A stretch of DNA of 64,000 bases from Rebecca billardiae RCC1528 (taxonomy: Eukaryota > Protista > Haptophyta), in contig OZ251251.1 of the NCBI GenBank assembly GCA_965240325.2, forward strand, positions 310,001 through 374,000, written 5' to 3'. A model generated the notes under the pieces. It did not search any database and was not told the origin of the DNA. It worked only from the letters and a program-made list of their open reading frames with translations. The translations under genes and the position numbers were made by a program. Below, piece by piece: positions 60,576 to 64,000 of the stretch (positions are counted from its first letter, which is position 1; each line of letters starts with the position of its first letter).

Positions 60576-61718
60576 TGATATATATTTATTATAACGACGT
60601 GGTATGCAACGGGCAAGCGCCAGGCGGCCTGTTTTATTTCTACCAGATTCCATTTACTATGTCACGGCGACAAACCCGTGCCCGCCAGTGGGAATCGGTG
60701 TCACGCCCCGTTCAGACGTTCAGTGTACCTCTCACGGCCGATGGCGGCCCCGGCGTGCGCGAGGAATGCGATTCCTGCACTCCTCGGTGACCGGTGAGTG
60801 CAGGAATCCAGTTGCGGCGCTCGTCCGCCTCGTCGTCGTCGCACACGAGGTACACTGAAGAGCACGGGTCAGAAGCCAGATCTCTCTGCGCGCTCGCGCC
60901 CGCGCGGCGAGGCACTGGCAGGCTTGTTCTCATCATCTTGGCCAAGACTGCAGCCTGCCAGATGCGCGAGGACGCGTGTGCACGCCTTTCCGCGCGTCTA
61001 GGGTGCGCGTGGCACGCACCCTGTCATCATCTACGCCGAGGAGGCCTGAGCAACCAGCCCACCAACCTGCCGTGACCACGTTCAAATGCAGGCGGCAAGC
61101 TGCATGCGAGCGCACGCAACGGAAGCATCTCACGCTCGACAAGGAAGTGGCGGCGGAGCGAGAGTAGCTGGTATCGTTTGCAGCCCATCGGTCGTTCAAC
61201 AATCCTGGTTCAACAACTGACACGGGCGCGACGCAGCCTAGGCATAGTGCTTGCAGCTCGCAGCGCGCCCGCAACTGCGGTTTGCCGCCGCGGCGCGGCG
61301 ATCGTCACACCGCCGTGCGCTGCGAGTGACCTCTGTGTCATGGCGAAGCACCATGGCAAGGCCAAGCAGCATGCCTTGGCAACACCTTTCGCTACAGCTC
61401 AGCGCCCTAGTACGAACATGCGCCAACGACGTGCCATCCCTACTCCGCAATCGCGCCGGCACCCACCACCAGCGGCCGCCATTTTACCGCGTTTTGGCGA
61501 ATGTCGCCGTTGGGCTCTCGTAGAAATAAAACAGGCCAGGCTCAGAGTGCAGCAGACACATATAGAATGCGTCCGCGCCTTCCGACCAGGTCAGGCAGTG
61601 CGCCACCCGCAGCCCTGCCCCCCTACGGGAGCGGGGGCGGGATGGAGCACCGCCTCGGCCTGGGGCACGCGGCGGCGACGGCAGATGCCGCCGCGGCCGA
61701 GCGCCTTCCGGTAAGCAC

Positions 61719-62362
61719 TTGGATGAGGCTGAGGTCGTAGTCGATGTCGCCGCCTGCCGACCTAGCGGCGTGCAGCTGCGGGAAGCGACAGCCGCGGCTG
61801 TCGCCCCCGGGCGCCCGCGTGGGCGCCTGGATGAAGATGAGGTCGTAGTACACGTCGCCGCGCACCGGCCTAGCGGCGCGCAGCTGCAGAAGAGGGGCTT
61901 CGAGAGTGAGCGCGCCGCCTAGCGCGCTCAGGTCGATGAAGCGGATGAGGGTGTAGTCGACGTCGCAGCCCGGCCCGCCGGCGGGCTGCTGCAGGAAAAT
62001 GTAGAAAGCGTCGTCGTCAGCAACGCGTGTCACCGGCTCAGGCGCGCTCGCATCCGCCAACACCGCCCGCCCGAGCGACGAGATGAGCAAGAGTTTGTGT
62101 GAGAGTGCCAGCATCTCGCCGTCCCTGCAGGAGGGGAAGGCGCACGCGAGCCCGCGCGGGCGCGCATGCACGTCGTCGTCGTCGTAGTGATCGTCGCCAT
62201 CGTCAGCACCGCGCGTCTGCCGCGTGCCCGCATCCGCCAACACCGCCTGCACGAGCGACGAGATGAGCAAGAGTTTGTGTGAGAGTGCCAGCATCTCGCC
62301 GTCCTTGCAGGAGGGGAAGGCGCACTCGAGCCCGCGCGGGCGCGCATGCGCGTCGTCATCCT
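61719..62362. repeat. Two sets of degenerate direct repeats (period about 108 bp, and about 130-bp copies with period 180 bp)
   Basis: 62050-62180 is similar to 62230-62360 (gagcgacgagatgagcaagagtttgtgtgagagtgccagcatctcgccgtcc); 61720-61790 is similar to 61828-61890. Confidence 0.8.
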
Positions 62363-62701
62363 TGTCGGTATCACATAATATTCTGATCGATCAGCTGATG
62401 CTGATGATCGACATGCAGCATATGATGCGCGCTTGTGAAGCCGCTACGACGAAGTCGTCAGCACCGTGTCCGTGTCCGTCACATCGTCGTCGATGACGCG
62501 TGGGGTCGCGAGCGCTGTGCCAAGGGCGGTGCTGTGCGCACTTGCAGCTGCGCCTGCATGACGAGGATATGCGCTGCTGCTGATGACGCACCGGCAAGAC
62601 GACTCCTCGCCCGCCGCGGCCATACTGACGTGCCAACACCGCCCGCTCGGCGGCCGCGTGATGCGTGCGGCGTGCTGACGCCGCGGCAAGCGCGGTCGGC
62701 G

Positions 62702-63784
62702 TCAGTGCGTGCACACCTTGGGCGCCGCTCGGCTCGGCAGCGGCAGCCACACGCTGGTGGTGCGCCGGTACTCCTCGTACGCGGCACGCCGGTGCGGCGC
62801 CTCGAGCATGCGCGCCTCGACCATGGCGGTCACGCTGGCGAGGACCGCCGTGTTGAACGCCGCGCCCGCCACGGCCCACAGCGCGTCGGCGCGCGTACAG
62901 CACGTCGGCAGCGCGAGTAGCGCGAGGCCGCACCAGAAGGCCGCCTCGCCGCAGTGGTTGGGGTGGCGCGAGTGCCGCCACACGCCCGTCTGCAGCAGAC
63001 CCACGCGCGGCTGGCCGCGCGCCGCGCGGTGCTCGTTCGCCGCCATGAAGGCGGCGAGCTGGTCGTCCGCGGCGCGGGCGAGCAGCAGCCCCGCCGCGCA
63101 CACGAGCACGCCGAGCGTCTCCAGCGCGCCCCACGCCGCGCGCGGCGCGCACCCCTCCGCCGGGCGCGCTGCGACGTAGTGCAGCGGCAGCGAGATGCCC
63201 AGCAGCATCGGCTGCTGCGCGAGCCCAACGGCGAAGAAGGCGAGGAGCGGCCAGAGGCGGGGCGTGCGCTGCTGCATGCGCGTGTACCGCCAGTCCTCGC
63301 GCTGCCCGAACTTCCACTCCTCGCGCCGGAAGTAGGAGTGCGTCAGCCGCACCGCCCAGACCGCCACGAGCGCGTTGGCGGCGAGCGCGCGCGCGCCGAG
63401 CGGCCGCGCGGCCGCCGGGTGCGTCGCGTAGAACAGGCCGATGAGCGGCGGGAGCAGCGTCCAGTACGGGTCGATGAGCCAGAACGAGCGCTGCAGCAGG
63501 CCAACGAGCCAGAAGCCCACCGTCACGTTCGCGAAGAAGAGCGCGTTCACCGCGCGCGCCGGGTGGAGCCGCGCGAGCTCGCACCACGCGCCGAGCAGCG
63601 CGCCGCCGCCGCCGCCGCCCGCCGGCTCGGCGGCGGGCTCGCAGCGCGTGTGCAGCAGGGAGGCGGCCCATAAGGAGGGCACGAGCGCAAGCACCATGAG
63701 GAGCGCATTCCCAACGTTGCGCGCGCTCAGGTGCGCGTGCGGCCGGTAGTCGCCGTGCCACTCGAGCCCGCGCGCCGTCGCCAT
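62702..63784 (-). CDS. DUF1295 family (steroid 5-alpha-reductase-like) membrane protein
   Basis: Motifs FWLIDPYWTLLPP, WAVRLTHSYFRRE...REDWRY, ADDQLAAF and GVWRHSRHPNHCGE. Confidence 0.92.
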   Translation of the reverse strand: MATARGLEWHGDYRPHAHLSARNVGNALLMVLALVPSLWAASLLHTRCEPAAEPAGGGGGGALLGAWCELARLHPARAVNALFFANVTVGFWLVGLLQRSFWLIDPYWTLLPPLIGLFYATHPAAARPLGARALAANALVAVWAVRLTHSYFRREEWKFGQREDWRYTRMQQRTPRLWPLLAFFAVGLAQQPMLLGISLPLHYVAARPAEGCAPRAAWGALETLGVLVCAAGLLLARAADDQLAAFMAANEHRAARGQPRVGLLQTGVWRHSRHPNHCGEAAFWCGLALLALPTCCTRADALWAVAGAAFNTAVLASVTAMVEARMLEAPHRRAAYEEYRRTTSVWLPLPSRAAPKVCTH

Positions 63785-64000
63785 CGTCGCGATTCCTTAT
63801 TGGGCAGAATCCGGTCTCCGGACGCCATTGTCAGCGGCGGAGACGCGCGCGCGGGTGGACTCCGTTGACACAGTCAAGGGCGGTAAGGGCTGTCAACTCC
63901 CAGTGGCGCCGAGTGGCGGAGGTTGGTTGCCCCTCAACTCGTGCGGCCTCGCGGCGCAGCGGCTAAGTCTCCTGGGGCGCCGCCCAGGAGGGCGCGTGGG

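Overview
Very GC-rich, gene-dense eukaryotic nuclear DNA with GT(GCGC)...CAG spliceosomal introns and fucoxanthin-chlorophyll LHC genes. This points to a secondary-plastid alga, most likely a haptophyte (Pavlovales/Diacronema-like; inference). About 18 host genes are supported: a response-regulator receiver gene (3' part), two LHCs, an LCM-type methyltransferase, an F-box/RCC1 protein, a zinc-dependent deaminase, PI4K, MOT1, an alpha/beta hydrolase, APC5, a pRiA4b-ORF3-like protein, a lectin-like membrane protein, a giant tandem CNBD-ankyrin channel, a MYND protein, HADHA, COX17, PNO1, an SLC25 carrier and DUF1295. Most long ORFs in the six-frame track are GC-driven shadows. Best leads: (1) the deaminase gene at 7859-8983 is split between its HxE and PCxxC motifs by an AT-rich GTT-TTA-TGA site and continues in the +1 frame, a candidate programmed ribosomal frameshift; (2) a family of non-autonomous TIR transposons with TAG...CTA ends and 7-bp TSDs, nested in one another at 10038-16124 and carrying host-like cargo at 47951-51882; (3) a 2x(channel-cNBD-ankyrin) protein with one GYG pore and one degenerate pore; (4) a TSD-flanked dimeric element ending in two hairpins and an (AT)n tail at 58926-60573.
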